From the NCBI GenBank assembly GCA_002189035.1, contig NEEC01000377.1:1-27093 (forward strand): DNA of 27,093 bases. Direction: 5' to 3'. This document shows, in pieces, positions 26,261 to 27,093 of the stretch (positions within the stretch are counted from its first letter, which is position 1; the number at the start of each line of letters is the position of its first letter). A program made the position numbers and the translations under genes. The notes beneath the pieces are model-generated. The model did not search any database. It was not told the origin of the DNA and saw only the letters and a program-made list of their open reading frames with translations. Source of the stretch: Utricularia gibba. Lineage: Eukaryota > Plantae > Magnoliophyta.

Positions 26261-26358
26261 ATCGATTTGCATCCTTTTGTCCTCATGAGCCATAAAGAAT
26301 CGCGGGCCCGGACCAAGTTCCTAGCGAGACTGGCCGCCACAAAACGAGAAGCTGTTCC
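26044..26358 (+). repeat. Cryptic ~157-bp subrepeat pair inside the 315-bp period (subunit A 26044-26199, subunit B 26200-26358)
   Basis: Hand alignment: TTGAAAAACCATGTAGG vs TTGAAAAAATCATGTGGG are 156 bp apart, and AAATACATCACTTTCTTT (26400) vs AAATGCATCATTTTTTTT (26557) are 157 bp apart. Further collinear matches: AGCCA, CCCG..CCA.GT, AGAC.G.C.GC. Confidence 0.85.
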
Positions 26359-26575
26359 TTGAAAAACCATGTAGGCAACACCGAAAACCGAACGTTAATA
26401 AATACATCACTTTCTTTGCCGGGCTACAACTTACTTTGGGCCAAGGCCTAAGCTGACCTTTTTCCGGTTCCAAGTGCCCCCAAAGACCGCCTCTCATGTA
26501 TAAAGTAAGTTGTTAAAAAAATCATGTGGGTGTGCACGTGACATCGTAATTTAAACAAATGCATCATTTTTTTTA
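26261..26575 (+). repeat. Representative type-Y monomer (315 bp)
   Basis: Diagnostic words: CATCCTTTTGT, ATAAAG, GCGGGCCCGG, CCTAGC, GCTGTT, GCAACACC, GTTAAT, CTTACTTTGGGCCAAGGCCTAAGCTG, CTCATG, GACATCGTA, GCATCA+T7-9. Confidence 0.97.
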
Positions 26576-27093
26576 ATCGATTTGCATCCAGTTGACCTCA
26601 TGAGCCATACAGAATCGGGGTCAAGGACCAAGTTCCCAGCGAGACTGGCCGCCACAAAACGAGAAGCGGTTCCTTGAAAAACCATGTAGGCAGCCCCCGA
26701 AAACCGAACGATAATAAATACATCACTTTATTTGCCGGACTACAACTAACTCTCGGTGCAAGCCAAACCTTACCTTTGTCCCGTTCCAGGTGCACCCAAA
26801 GACCGCCTGCTCAAGTATAAAGTAAGTTGTTGAAAAAATCATGTGGGGTGCACGTGATATCGCAATTTAAACAAATGCAACATTGTATTCATCGATTTGC
26901 ATCCTTTTGTCCTCATGAGCCATAAAGAATCGCGGGCCCGGACCAAGTTCCTAGCGAGACTGGCCGCCACAAAACGAGAAGCTGTTCCTTGAAAAACCAT
27001 GTAGGCAACACCGAAAACCGAACGTTAATAAATACATCACTTTCTTTGCGGGGCTACAACTTACTTTGGGCCAAGGCCTAAGCTGACCTTTTT

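Larger units (their letters stand above)
1..27093. repeat. Tandem satellite DNA array, ~315-bp monomer, 87 full copies + 1 partial, all head-to-tail; array extends beyond both window edges
   Basis: The anchor ATCGATTTGCATC recurs at 1, 312, 621, 930, 1241 ... 25316, 25631, 25946, 26261, 26576, 26891 (degraded to TTCGAT at ~8679, ~14225, ~21622). The last five intervals are exactly 315 bp and the mean spacing is (26891-1)/87 = 309 bp. No unique sequence lies between units. Confidence 0.99.
21911..27093 (+). repeat. Strict Y-X alternating 630-bp dimeric higher-order repeat block
   Basis: Units at 21911(Y), 22214(X), 22519(Y) ... 26576(X), 26891(Y) alternate without a break. 25316, 25946 and 26576 are exactly 630 bp apart. 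Confidence 0.95.

Noticed and set aside
23-26795. All ORFs in the six-frame track (60-122 aa, e.g. ...KVSCSPAKKVMYLL...)
   Set aside because: They are readings of the same repeat unit, with starts, stops and frames that shift with homopolymer indels. None spans more than ~1.2 monomers, and I recognise no domain.
1-27093. CRISPR array
   Set aside because: There are no short repeats separated by unique spacers; the whole 315 bp is repeated and no cas genes are present.
1-27093. Functional 5S rDNA or other small-RNA gene array (unit size is compatible)
   Set aside because: No 120-nt 5S-like sequence or fold is present. TTGCATCCTTTT (like a plant 5S 3' end), GCCATAC and TGTAGGC occur but are not collinear, and 7-mers are expected by chance. 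Only the partial ICR-like resemblance is kept, as a speculative finding.
1-27093. Assignment to a named satellite family or organism (e.g. CentC, CentO, alpha satellite)
   Set aside because: Subunit length is similar to CentC/CentO, but I recognise no convincing sequence similarity; a BLAST, Dfam or PlantSat search is required.

Overview
The entire 27,093-bp window is one uninterrupted, single-orientation tandem satellite-type array: 87 complete monomers plus one partial, counted from the ATCGAT site. The cleanest copies are 315 bp, the window mean is about 309 bp, and a hand count of one copy gives about 46% GC. I find no credible protein-coding gene, RNA gene, transposon or CRISPR array; every listed ORF is a short reading of the repeat unit. 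The interest lies in nested periodicity. (1) Each 315-bp monomer is itself an old head-to-tail dimer of ~157-bp subunits (156+159). (2) Two monomer types, X and Y (about 87-88% identical), alternate to give a 630-bp higher-order repeat. (3) In the first ~12 kb, recombinant monomers recur every 7-8 monomers (~2.2-2.5 kb). Some irregularity, especially deletions that fall exactly on X/Y-diagnostic sites, looks like long-read consensus error and needs raw-read checking. A weak, speculative resemblance to the 5S rRNA internal control region is noted. The host organism and any centromeric role cannot be determined from this window.
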